Source: an uncultured Pseudobdellovibrionaceae bacterium (lineage in GTDB: Bacteria > Pseudomonadota > Alphaproteobacteria > Micavibrionales > Micavibrionaceae). Taken from it: a stretch of DNA of 64,000 nt. The notes beneath the pieces are model-generated. The model did no database searches. It had not been told where the DNA came from and saw nothing but the letters and a program-made list of their open reading frames with translations. Of this stretch, positions 53,018 to 62,500 are shown piece by piece (the first letter of the stretch is position 1; each line of letters opens with the position of its first letter). The DNA is taken from assembly GCA_964520985.1 (NCBI GenBank), contig CAZFPB010000002.1, forward strand, positions 150,115 to 214,114, read 5' to 3'. The position numbers were made by a program, and so were the translations under genes.

Positions 53018-53262
53018 GTACAATGGATGACGAATTAAAATGGTTAAATAACCGTGAATTCGAACAAAATTTAAAAAAGATACTGGAAACTGTACCGAAT
53101 ATAAAAATTGGCACATATAATCCATACCGATCGCAATTCATGTTAGATTACATTGAACCACCAAAAAATCAAAATCAAATGAATACACAATTGATTACAT
53201 ATACACATAAAATAAGAATAAATAAGGAACCATATGTTTATTTCCCCAAAGACTGCAATTGA
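53014..53262 (+). CDS. small paralog (ELxWLxxYE family), copy 4
   Basis: MSTMDDELKWLNNREF. Confidence 0.4.
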   Translation: MSTMDDELKWLNNREFEQNLKKILETVPNIKIGTYNPYRSQFMLDYIEPPKNQNQMNTQLITYTHKIRINKEPYVYFPKDCN

Positions 53263-53788
53263 AAATGGATGGATTACTCATCCAAAATGTAATTCAATCC
53301 AAGACTGGACAGATAATAAGTTTATAAGTCCAAATGCAATCGACTTCACTGCTGATGTATTGCATCGAGTAGTACATACAGATGTTGCTATCCTATCTGA
53401 AAAACGCAAAACGATGCGGTTACATTCCGAAGTTGAAATGATGATTGAAAAACGACCTAATGGAGAAAAATATTGGGTTATCGGTGCAGACACTGTACAC
53501 GATTTCACATCAGACATGTATGTCAAAGTTCCAAATGGCGTTGCTTGTTTGTTGATAGCTCGATCGACGTTGACACGTAACGGTGTGTTCATAACTTCTG
53601 GATTGTATGATCAAGGATTTGAAGGGCACATTGGTGGCACTATATATACGCCAGGTGGATCATTATGGCTTGCGCAGAATACACGAATTGGTCAAATTAT
53701 CTTCGTAGCATCTGAGGATAGTGGTGTGTTGTATGCTGGCGGTTGGAATCATGCTACTGGAACACATTATACCGGTGAAAAACTATAA
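53234..53788 (+). CDS. dCTP deaminase / dUTPase-fold protein
   Basis: LIARSTLTRNGVFITSGLYDQGFEGHIGGTIYTPGG...IGQIIF matches the dCTP-deaminase-family pattern (GxxDxGFxGxIxLExxN...xQ). Confidence 0.5.
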   Translation: MFISPKTAIENGWITHPKCNSIQDWTDNKFISPNAIDFTADVLHRVVHTDVAILSEKRKTMRLHSEVEMMIEKRPNGEKYWVIGADTVHDFTSDMYVKVPNGVACLLIARSTLTRNGVFITSGLYDQGFEGHIGGTIYTPGGSLWLAQNTRIGQIIFVASEDSGVLYAGGWNHATGTHYTGEKL

Positions 53789-53801
53789 TTAGGAGAAAAC
53801 C

Positions 53802-54041
53802 ATGGACAAACAAGTTATGATTAGTGCAAGTTTGTTAGGATTGATGATGGACTTGTTAGTTCGTCATTCTCAATTCAATCCAGCAAAAACAGAAGAAGAA
53901 CAAGATCTGCAACGTGCAACTAGTATTGCAATTTCAAAAGCAGAAGCTTCATTGACACAAGGTGTTGCCAATCCACGTTCATTCTCTGGTAGTGAAATTG
54001 GATCTTCATCTATAGATCCAACTAAAAGTAACTATCTGTGA
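53802..54041 (+). CDS. hypothetical small protein
   Basis: 79 aa. Confidence 0.35.
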   Translation: MDKQVMISASLLGLMMDLLVRHSQFNPAKTEEEQDLQRATSIAISKAEASLTQGVANPRSFSGSEIGSSSIDPTKSNYL

Positions 54042-54045
54042 GGTA

Positions 54046-54672
54046 ATGATGGGCAAGCCTCGCGGATATTCACAATACATGTTGGTTGCGGATTGCGAAA
54101 CGACTGGGATTGCATATGGATGTGATGATCCTAGCTTTGATCCGTCAACCAATCAGTACTATCAATCAGTTTCTTGGGGGTTGATTGTAGCTGAAACAGA
54201 AACCTTTGAACCAATTGATCAGTTGTACGTTGAAATCAAATGGGATGGAAAAAGCGTATGGGATAAAGAAGCTGAACAAGTTCATGGATTAACTAAGAAC
54301 TACCTTGACTTCTATGGTATCAATTCGCAGGAAGCCGTAATTGAAATTGGTAATCTAGTTTACAAATATTGGGGAGCCGATAAACCAATAATGTTGCTTG
54401 GTCATAACGTAGTATCGTTTGACAAACCTTTCTTGCAACGTTTAATGCGTAGTGAAGGGATTGATCTTCGATTTGGCAATCGTCACATTGATACATGTTC
54501 AATCGGTCTGGCAACGTTTGGTACATACAATTCCGACGACCTGTTTGAAGCAGCAGGACTTCCAAAACGTGATCCGTCACACCATAACGCATTGGAAGAT
54601 GCTAATTATTCATTATCGGCTGCGCGAACGGTAAAACAGTTATGGCAAGGATTGGTGGCTCCAGAACTATGA
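54046..54672 (+). CDS. DEDDh 3'-5' exonuclease (DnaQ-like)
   Basis: Exo I MLVADCETTG, Exo II LLGHNVVSFDKPFL, Exo III HHNALEDANYS. Confidence 0.75.
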   Translation: MMGKPRGYSQYMLVADCETTGIAYGCDDPSFDPSTNQYYQSVSWGLIVAETETFEPIDQLYVEIKWDGKSVWDKEAEQVHGLTKNYLDFYGINSQEAVIEIGNLVYKYWGADKPIMLLGHNVVSFDKPFLQRLMRSEGIDLRFGNRHIDTCSIGLATFGTYNSDDLFEAAGLPKRDPSHHNALEDANYSLSAARTVKQLWQGLVAPEL

Positions 54673-55130
54673 ACTACTTTGAACCAACATACAAAGAAAT
54701 TCATCAAGCATGTTTAGACATGGCAAATGAAATCGAACAACGCAATCTTGATTTGGATTATGTTGTTGCATTATGTCGAGGTGGCGCCATTCCTGGCGTT
54801 ATCTTGTCACACATGCTCAATCTTCCATTAATCATGCTTGATTATTCATCCACTGACGGAAAAGGTGATGATAAAAATCATAGCAATGACTTAATTGATA
54901 TTGCAAGTGGTTCGTCGTTTTTGTTAGTTGACGATATTGCTGATTCGGGAAAAACGATCAAAGAAATTACCGAACATTATGGTAATCCAGCTTGGGGTTG
55001 TCAGATTTATACTGCAGTGTTGTATTATAAATCTCCAAGCGAGATTGTTCGTCCCCATTTTGTTTGGCGCAATATAACACCATCTAGTCCATGGGTTGTA
55101 TTTCCTTGGGAGATTACAATTGGGTTATAA
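54669..55130 (+). CDS. phosphoribosyltransferase (type I PRT fold)
   Basis: Start at ATG 54669. FLLVDDIADSGKTIKEI is the PRPP-binding motif. Confidence 0.6.
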   Translation: MNYFEPTYKEIHQACLDMANEIEQRNLDLDYVVALCRGGAIPGVILSHMLNLPLIMLDYSSTDGKGDDKNHSNDLIDIASGSSFLLVDDIADSGKTIKEITEHYGNPAWGCQIYTAVLYYKSPSEIVRPHFVWRNITPSSPWVVFPWEITIGL

Positions 55131-55335
55131 TATCGTTGATGCTGCTAAAGACCTTATCACTACTGGTAAAGTCGAAATAGCGGATGATGAAACAATTCTC
55201 GAACGAATTAACACATGTGGGTCGTGTGAAATCCGTAATGCATTAACTAACATTTGTACTGCATGTGGATGTTTCATTCCAGCGAAAGCTAGATTGAAAA
55301 AATCAGAATGTCCGTTAGACTTGTGGGAAAAATAG
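55096..55335 (+). CDS. hypothetical Cys-rich small protein
   Basis: CGSCE...CTACGC; followed by hairpin GACTGGC-AGT-GCCAGTC (55339-55355). Confidence 0.4.
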   Translation: MYFLGRLQLGYNIVDAAKDLITTGKVEIADDETILERINTCGSCEIRNALTNICTACGCFIPAKARLKKSECPLDLWEK

Positions 55336-55353
55336 ACTGGCAGTGCCAGTCTA

Positions 55354-55980
55354 TTAACTGATATCCTTAATAGGATTGATTTCGCAAGTGAATCCTTTAT
55401 ATTTTCTGAAATCGTTTTCTCCAGAATAATCTACAGAATTGTCACCCAGTTTAAATTTGAATCCGAATTGCAACACCAAAGCGCGATTGCTTTGTCCCCA
55501 ACGATATACTACATAAAAGTGATAGAAACTACGTTTTGGAGTTGTGGCTTTTAATAATTGCCATCCAGTACTATTGAAATCATCACGAACATAATCTTGT
55601 CCATATAACTTTTCTATAGAAGTCGCTGTAGAAATATCACACGTTAGTTTGAACCGTTTGAAATTATTAGCTGGATTGCGAATAGCCGCCCACCACCACA
55701 TCGCTAGATACTTATTCCAGTTTCGCGATTTGTTCGCCCAATATCCACGCGTATCGCCTACTAATCCATCAATAGGATTGTCCCAGAGACTTAACCATGA
55801 CGGTAAACGAACTAACACCCAAGAACCATGTTGTGGGTACTGAGTGAATGGAATAGCTGGACCAGACGTTTTACGAAATGGAATTCCCACTGCTACTGCA
55901 AACAATCCAATAATCATCATTGGTAATTGAATAACTGTGCATATTAGAATTTGAATTGCTGCTTTCAAAATGTTTTTCAT
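55354..55980 (-). CDS. hypothetical membrane protein
   Basis: N-terminal hydrophobic segments; - strand, in the tail-fibre block. Confidence 0.45.
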   Translation of the reverse strand: MKNILKAAIQILICTVIQLPMMIIGLFAVAVGIPFRKTSGPAIPFTQYPQHGSWVLVRLPSWLSLWDNPIDGLVGDTRGYWANKSRNWNKYLAMWWWAAIRNPANNFKRFKLTCDISTATSIEKLYGQDYVRDDFNSTGWQLLKATTPKRSFYHFYVVYRWGQSNRALVLQFGFKFKLGDNSVDYSGENDFRKYKGFTCEINPIKDIS

Positions 55981-55989
55981 GATGTTCCC

Positions 55990-56619
55990 TTATTTTAATA
56001 ACTGTAATTGATGTTGTAGTTCGTCATTAAAGTCAAACGTTTTAAAAATGTTATACCGTTCAAGGTCGGATGTAGCATTTTTCATTTTTCGTTTAATGCT
56101 TGTTCTTACTGCAGCCGCCGCGATTAAATGTTCCTGACTTTTAATCTTAGCATTAAGTACTACTTGAGCAGCTTCAATTAATGTTAATCCATTAATGGCA
56201 ACTTCTGTCGCCGCTAACATTGGAAAATCTGTAATGATCGCTGTATTTGGATTAGCAATAACTCGTAATGCTTCTTCTAATTTTTGTTGGTATTCTAATA
56301 TTTGTCCAGGCGATGATGTGATTTCTTTTTCGCGAAGATGTTCAATTTGACGTTCAATTTGAATATCAATCAATTCAAGTGCTTTAGGGGATAAAGTAGC
56401 AACATATTCATCAAGTACAGCAGTTGGAGATATTCTTCTAAAATGCTGCAAGTAGAAATATTGTTCATCCTCGATTTTATCACGTCGTTGCATATATGGA
56501 ACTGCATTGTTAGGCAATGTTGTTCCGCCACCTGGCTGTACACTTTGTCCATCCCAATATACTAACTGTTGTACTTCATCATTGTCGACGATTGCATATG
56601 TTCCAATATCATGTTTCAT
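55990..56619 (-). CDS. hypothetical protein (possible tail-fibre accessory protein)
   Basis: Immediately downstream of the tail-fibre gene on the - strand; ATGA-type coupling. Confidence 0.35.
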   Translation of the reverse strand: MKHDIGTYAIVDNDEVQQLVYWDGQSVQPGGGTTLPNNAVPYMQRRDKIEDEQYFYLQHFRRISPTAVLDEYVATLSPKALELIDIQIERQIEHLREKEITSSPGQILEYQQKLEEALRVIANPNTAIITDFPMLAATEVAINGLTLIEAAQVVLNAKIKSQEHLIAAAAVRTSIKRKMKNATSDLERYNIFKTFDFNDELQHQLQLLK

Positions 56620-57971
56620 AATACATACCCTATAAGTTCAACTGTTGCCGAATCAAAACTGCCAGTAAAGCTAGAATTACCAACATACAGATCAAACACT
56701 TGTCCAGGAGCCAATTGACACAGTACTTGAGCTGCACTTGAGTTAGCGTCTCTCGATCCCCACGATCCGCCTTGATCCGCTGTATATCGTGGCCAGCCAG
56801 CGCTTCCACGCATCCAAATGTAACAAACTACATCTCCACCATCCGGTTGTGTTACCACATACGTTGTTTGCAATATTGCGTACTTAGCATTTACAGAACC
56901 AATATATGGTGTTATGTTAAATGTTGTCCAGTTAAGACCGTGAGCAAATCCCGGACTGCTCCAAAGCATGACAGGACTAATGAAAATTGGAGCTGATGAT
57001 GATGTTGCAATAGCACTATCAACATATTGTTTCGTTGCAGCATGCAATGGGTTAACAGGGTTTGCAGCTAACGTTAAATATCCGGTCATTGAATCGCCAG
57101 CTCTACTAACTTTATTCGCATTTACTACGTTAATAGTGCTATTAACAGCAGCAATTTGTCCGTCAACGTATGCTTTGTTAGTTAAATGAGCAGGTACAGT
57201 AGGAGCAAGTGGTGACGATACAGTTTGATAAAACGTAGCAGCACCCGTACTTCTTATTATTGTAAATGGTACATCTATAGTAACGCCGGCATCGTTAACA
57301 CGTCCTATTCCAAAATTACTTCCAGTGTTGCCACCTGATTCAACATCAGACATTGCGCCTACAGACCATCGAGATACGTTATTAGTTGTAAACGTTAATG
57401 GTCTATTAGTTCCGTTAGCGCCGTTTACAGTCAATCTAGGAGCAACTAACGGACCAGTCATCGTGTCACCAGCTTTCAATACAAAACGGGCATCTGATTG
57501 AGCTTTAGTGTAATAGTTTGTACCGACTAAAGCAGACGTAGTTAAATCTTGCCATACAGTTCCATCCCAATATGAGAACAGACCAGTAGTTGTGTTATAG
57601 TACATATCACCTACTGCGTCAGCAGGTGCTACTGGAGCACTCGAACCAAAACGTGTAGCAATTAATGATGCCCATCCAGGGTATACAGGATCGCTACTAA
57701 ACTTCTCGTCATATACACGAAGTCTCGACTGACCTTTGTTAAACCATAATTGACCGTTGATCGGTAACGATGGTGGAACGTTTCGACTAAAATTTTCCAA
57801 CATGTTAAGAATGTTTTGGTCCATGAATTGACCATAGTCAATTTTACCAGCACCTGGAAGAAGTATAGAAGTCGAATTGTCGACTTGCCCTGGCTGAATA
57901 ATGATTTGATGACCTGGATTCTCAGCAGCATCCGAAAATAAAACGTGGTAAATTGATGGTGTGATGGCCAT
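56616..57971 (-). CDS. tail fibre protein
   Basis: TNYYTKAQSDARFVLKAGDTMTGPL and NKAYVDGQIAAVN are characteristic tail-fibre motifs. Gly/Ser/Thr-rich C-terminal beta region. 451 aa. Confidence 0.65.
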   Translation of the reverse strand: MAITPSIYHVLFSDAAENPGHQIIIQPGQVDNSTSILLPGAGKIDYGQFMDQNILNMLENFSRNVPPSLPINGQLWFNKGQSRLRVYDEKFSSDPVYPGWASLIATRFGSSAPVAPADAVGDMYYNTTTGLFSYWDGTVWQDLTTSALVGTNYYTKAQSDARFVLKAGDTMTGPLVAPRLTVNGANGTNRPLTFTTNNVSRWSVGAMSDVESGGNTGSNFGIGRVNDAGVTIDVPFTIIRSTGAATFYQTVSSPLAPTVPAHLTNKAYVDGQIAAVNSTINVVNANKVSRAGDSMTGYLTLAANPVNPLHAATKQYVDSAIATSSSAPIFISPVMLWSSPGFAHGLNWTTFNITPYIGSVNAKYAILQTTYVVTQPDGGDVVCYIWMRGSAGWPRYTADQGGSWGSRDANSSAAQVLCQLAPGQVFDLYVGNSSFTGSFDSATVELIGYVL

Positions 57972-58133
57972 AAATATTTTTTCTCCAAATTATTACTTAT
58001 TTATCTAGTAATGCTGCCTCGATTTGATCAAACAGCATCCGGGTCATAATTTGTTATGACCTGCGTTGATTTGGAGTAACTACATGTCGTACTGTTATCT
58101 TTTTACCCAATAAATGTGACACGGGAGATCGCA

Positions 58134-58451
58134 ATGGGTCAAGATTTATCAGCCATCGACTTACAAAACTTACCACCTGAAACAGCGACAAAAAGAACGA
58201 AAGTGACCAAGAAAAGAGGCCGTAAAGGAAATAAAATCGTAACGGCTCTTAATGCCATACCAGAAATTCCTGTCGACTTTGATGATTTTGTTGCTCAACA
58301 TAAAGTGTCAGTTAATGTAATGAAACAACCGACTCGTTGGATCCATAAAATGGATGCCAAGGATGCTGAACGTATTGGTAAAGTTCACATCCAAAAAGAT
58401 AAAACCACTGGCAAAACAATGATCTGGCGTAGTAAGTCTGTAACAGCTTAA
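58134..58451 (+). CDS. hypothetical basic protein
   Basis: Start at ATG 58134 (RBS GGGAGA). Confidence 0.4.
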   Translation: MGQDLSAIDLQNLPPETATKRTKVTKKRGRKGNKIVTALNAIPEIPVDFDDFVAQHKVSVNVMKQPTRWIHKMDAKDAERIGKVHIQKDKTTGKTMIWRSKSVTA

Positions 58452-58488
58452 CTATAATTACATACTAACAATAATAAAGGATAACAAC

Positions 58489-59382
58489 ATGTCTAAATTT
58501 AAATGGGTGGAAACATTTCTTTCTGCTGAAGGTGAGGCCCAATATACTGGAAAAAATACAGTATACGTTCGCTTAACCAACTGCAACTTCAGTTGTAACG
58601 GATTCAACAATAAAGAAAATCTGATTGCAACTGATATTGACGTGTTAGGATTTAATCCTAGCGAATACGAAAACATCTATCACATGCCAGCAATTACTCG
58701 TGGATGTGATTCTGCATATGCATGGGATCCAAAGTTCTCACATATGTGGAAATCTGGCAATGAAGATGAACTTGCTCGTGAATTAGTTGACTTGATTCCT
58801 CACAAAAAATGGATCCATCCATACACTGGAATGGATTATGCGTTAAGTATTACTGGGGGTGAACCAAGCCTTCATGCAAAACAACTACCAGCATTACTTC
58901 ATCATCCGCTGCTTGATGACTGTCTGCATGTCATCTTTGAAACTAACTGTTCAGTTCCATTGACCATTAATTTCATTTCACAAATCAATGCATGGCTGTG
59001 CAAGAATCCACGTCGTCGTTGGACATGGTCTAATAGTCCAAAACTGTCGTCGAGTGGTGAGCCTCGTGATAAAGCGATTCGTCCTGACATCGCATTGCGA
59101 CAAGCAATGACTGCTGGTAAAACAGGTTTGAACCAAGTGGATCAATACTTTAAATTTGTTGTACATGATGAAGCGGACGTTGATGAAGTAGAATCTGTGA
59201 TGCAACAATATTATGCGGCAGGTGTAAATCGACTGGCCCCTGTATGGTTGATGCCTGCAAGTTGCACACACGAACAACAGCAACAAATTGCTCAGAACAT
59301 TGCAACTTTATGCATGGAACGTGGTTACTTGTTCTCATATCGTTTGCAAAATGCGTTATGGGAAAATGCTGTTGGTCGTTAA
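58489..59382 (+). CDS. QueE-like 7-carboxy-7-deazaguanine synthase (putative)
   Basis: N-terminal FLSAEGEAQYTGKNTVYVRLTNCNFSCNGF parallels QueE (F.S.QGEG...G.P..FIRL.GC...C). Confidence 0.45.
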   Translation: MSKFKWVETFLSAEGEAQYTGKNTVYVRLTNCNFSCNGFNNKENLIATDIDVLGFNPSEYENIYHMPAITRGCDSAYAWDPKFSHMWKSGNEDELARELVDLIPHKKWIHPYTGMDYALSITGGEPSLHAKQLPALLHHPLLDDCLHVIFETNCSVPLTINFISQINAWLCKNPRRRWTWSNSPKLSSSGEPRDKAIRPDIALRQAMTAGKTGLNQVDQYFKFVVHDEADVDEVESVMQQYYAAGVNRLAPVWLMPASCTHEQQQQIAQNIATLCMERGYLFSYRLQNALWENAVGR

Positions 59383-59395
59383 TAAATGATATTAA

Positions 59396-59417
59396 AGAGG
59401 GAGAAAAACCTCCCTCT
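59396..59417 (+). other. hairpin AGAGGGAG-AAAAAC-CTCCCTCT (weak terminator)
   Basis: 8-bp stem after the QueE-like gene; no clear T-run. Confidence 0.3.
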
Positions 59418-59442
59418 TGTACTAATAAGGAAAAGAACCAAA

Positions 59443-59876
59443 TGACATACTATAATGATAAACCAATTTATAGAGCTGCCATGGTTCCGTATGTTGTTGA
59501 AGATGGACAAATCTGGATGTTATTTCAGAAACCAAGTGATCCAACTTATGGTGGTGACAGTTATCAGTTAGCAAAAGGTAAAGTTGAAGAAGGTGAAACT
59601 GCTGAGGAAGCAGCAGTACGTGAAGCACAAGAAGAAGTAGGGTTATTTCGTGGAAACGTTGTCAAGGGACCTGAACATGTTGGATTATTTCTTGGGCGTA
59701 CTGATGTATATGTGTGCAAAGTGAAAGATCGTGATCTATTTGGTTTGCCAAGTGACGAAACTGAAAGCACGAAATGGATGACGTTAGAAGATTTTCTCAA
59801 TGAAGGTCGTTTGTTGCACAAACCAGTAGTTCAAGCATGCATACGAGCAATTGAACGGTTAGAAACTCAAGACTGA
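59443..59876 (+). CDS. Nudix hydrolase
   Basis: Start at ATG 59443 (RBS AAGGAAAAG). GKVEEGETAEEAAVREAQEEVG is a Nudix box (GX5EX7REUXEEXGU). Confidence 0.7.
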
Positions 59877-59889
59877 AAGAAGTGATGGA

Positions 59890-60531
59890 ATGACACACAG
59901 ATCAGGGCACCGTCGAAGCAAAATTAATGGTTGGTGTCATTCCATACAATTAAAGGACTTCTGTATTCTGTATAACACACACTTACAAGATTTTGTAATT
60001 AATGTGCATGAGTCTGTGGACTTACCGAAAGAGGTTGATCAACTTCCGTATCGATTTGGTGTAATCAAAGGCGGATTTAATTGTAGTTATTCTAAAATAA
60101 AATCATTCGAAAACTTTCCTACAATAATTTCCGGTAAATTGACTTTAAATCATACGCATATTAATCCAACAACATTAACTCACATGATTCATGCTGATCG
60201 TATTATTTGGCGCGCTGGATTCAATAGAGCAACTGAAACATTTGCATATCCTGACGGTATTGATCATTGTTTTCAGTATTTTGATACACGATATTTCGAA
60301 TGTAATGTTCACCCACATTTGTTAAAAATGATGTTGATCAAAAATCTGGTTAAGGTTTATGTATTAGATATTGCTTCAATCAATATAGACAATACAAAGA
60401 AAGTGTTTGATAACGTATTGTCTGAAAGTACATGTACAAAAATTATTAACGACCATATTGAAACTAAAGATATTCTGGTAGCTCAAGAACAGTTAATTGA
60501 TGCAGGTTTTGTAAAATTTGCAAAGTGGTGA
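59890..60531 (+). CDS. paralogous repeat-family protein (family A)
   Basis: C-terminal ILVAQEQLIDAGFVKFAKW. Confidence 0.55.
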   Translation: MTHRSGHRRSKINGWCHSIQLKDFCILYNTHLQDFVINVHESVDLPKEVDQLPYRFGVIKGGFNCSYSKIKSFENFPTIISGKLTLNHTHINPTTLTHMIHADRIIWRAGFNRATETFAYPDGIDHCFQYFDTRYFECNVHPHLLKMMLIKNLVKVYVLDIASINIDNTKKVFDNVLSESTCTKIINDHIETKDILVAQEQLIDAGFVKFAKW

Positions 60532-60534
60532 TAT

Positions 60535-61089
60535 ATGACATCCAAATTTATAACTGACTATAGCAAAATAAGTCAGTGGTTAATGGACAATAATATTCCT
60601 GGTGATAAATGTATCATCAACATCGACGGAACTGTTGATGTATCAACAGACGTTGACATTAGTGGCCGTAATCTTGAGCGAATTCCTATTAAATTTGGAA
60701 TAGTTTGGGGAAAGTTTTTATGCCATGGAAATAAATTAAAGTCGTTGGCAGGAGCACCAGATAAAGCAACGGTTCTGTTCTGTCAAAATAATGCACTAAC
60801 AACGTTAAATGATATTGTTATTGAGTGTAATTTAATGTTGTGTCATAACAACCCAATTACTTCATATAAAGATGTTATCAAACACATCAAATCAATACAT
60901 GGAGTGATGTTACCAAATAATAATATTCCGATACTGCAATGGTTTTTAATTGATTCGTTAAAAGAAATTGAGGTTGAACATAACACTGTTGTAAATGAAA
61001 TACTTAAAAGACATATTATTTCGAAAGACATATTAGCGTGTCAAGACGAATTAATCGATTCAGGTTTTACAGATTGGGCTAGATTGTGA
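60535..61089 (+). CDS. paralogous repeat-family protein (family A)
   Basis: C-terminal ILACQDELIDSGFTDWARL. Confidence 0.6.
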   Translation: MTSKFITDYSKISQWLMDNNIPGDKCIINIDGTVDVSTDVDISGRNLERIPIKFGIVWGKFLCHGNKLKSLAGAPDKATVLFCQNNALTTLNDIVIECNLMLCHNNPITSYKDVIKHIKSIHGVMLPNNNIPILQWFLIDSLKEIEVEHNTVVNEILKRHIISKDILACQDELIDSGFTDWARL

Positions 61090-61802
61090 GGTACCGGGAT
61101 CATTTTATTGCAAGCAGTTGGGTATACCAACTTATTGACGGTTGGATTACTAAAAATAAATTAAACGATACAATGTATGCAGTTTTAAAAGAACCATTTA
61201 GAGATTTATTATTTCATGATATTCGTATAGATGATTTTGAAATAGTTCTTACGAAACAAGATATTTGGTTAACCAATAATCCTGATGAGCTTTATGGAAT
61301 TCCTTTTAAATTACCTAACGTTCCTGGAGCATTTATAGCTGTAGATTCTCGAATGGAAAGTTTATGCAATTGTCCTGATGAAGTACAAGGTGCATTCGTG
61401 TGCGGATCTTTATACTTACGGTCACTGTTTGGAATCCCTAAAGTTATGCAAAACTGTGAAATTTTAGAGATTAATCGCGAGTTAACATATAGAAATATTC
61501 ATAAACAAGTTAATGTAGCGGATAGTGTAACTCTTCCTCATCATCCACGTCCGGGAATATTAAATTGGTTGCTAATACCATCAATACAAAGCATACATTT
61601 CCATGATTATTCGTTGGAACCAAACCCTGATCCTAAGATATATGGATGGCGCTCAGGTGATAAAGATCCTCGTCAAATATTCACTGATGGTGACCGCCAT
61701 TTAATTGAAAGTATATTGAATCGACACATTCATACAAAAGATATACTAACTGCTCAAGAAGAATTAATTGATGCTGGATTTGCTAGATGGGCTAGATTGT
61801 AA
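61086..61802 (+). CDS. paralogous repeat-family protein (family A)
   Basis: C-terminal ILTAQEELIDAGFARWARL. Confidence 0.6.
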   Translation: MRYRDHFIASSWVYQLIDGWITKNKLNDTMYAVLKEPFRDLLFHDIRIDDFEIVLTKQDIWLTNNPDELYGIPFKLPNVPGAFIAVDSRMESLCNCPDEVQGAFVCGSLYLRSLFGIPKVMQNCEILEINRELTYRNIHKQVNVADSVTLPHHPRPGILNWLLIPSIQSIHFHDYSLEPNPDPKIYGWRSGDKDPRQIFTDGDRHLIESILNRHIHTKDILTAQEELIDAGFARWARL

Positions 61803-62440
61803 TGGGCCGCGATGTTTCTTATCTATTCAGCACACCATTAAATAAATGGCTTCGGGATAATGGATGTAAGGAGCGCGTTGCATGTTGGTTAACTGATGAC
61901 AACACATATCATGTTACAACAGGTCCCGAGGGTATTTGTTTAAACGAGATTGATATTAATTCAATACCATTTATCATTGATGCAGTTCATGGTGATTTTG
62001 TTTGTCTTCATAGTCCCTCATCTACTCTAGTAGGTTGTCCACGAATAGTAAATGGTAACTTTCGTTTTGGGTCTAATGAATTAATTTCGCTAAGAGGATT
62101 GCCTCAAGTTGTTCGTGGAGGAGAATGTGATATTCGTGCAGTTGGCCCAGGAGTATCGTACTTAGACATCCATCATTATATTACAGTTGAAGGTGGGGCT
62201 TCACTTCCTGTTCGAGAGGATACTTCAGGGTTATTATATTGGTTATTGGTGCCTAATATTACTCAATTTTGCTTTTATACCCCACGGTCTCACATAATAT
62301 TAGGAGACCGATTACAAGAATCGTTTGAGATTTGTCTTAAACTTGAAACAATCTTTAATGCCCATGTAAAAACAAAAGATATTCTAGCAGCTCAAGATGA
62401 ATTAATTGATGCTGGACTTGGTGTGTATGCAACAATGTAG
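61802..62440 (+). CDS. paralogous repeat-family protein (family A)
   Basis: C-terminal ILAAQDELIDAGLGVYATM. Confidence 0.6.
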   Translation: MGRDVSYLFSTPLNKWLRDNGCKERVACWLTDDNTYHVTTGPEGICLNEIDINSIPFIIDAVHGDFVCLHSPSSTLVGCPRIVNGNFRFGSNELISLRGLPQVVRGGECDIRAVGPGVSYLDIHHYITVEGGASLPVREDTSGLLYWLLVPNITQFCFYTPRSHIILGDRLQESFEICLKLETIFNAHVKTKDILAAQDELIDAGLGVYATM

Positions 62441-62500
62441 GAAACTGCATTAAATATAATAAAATCATAAATACATCACCAAGTTATGTGGAGAATAATA

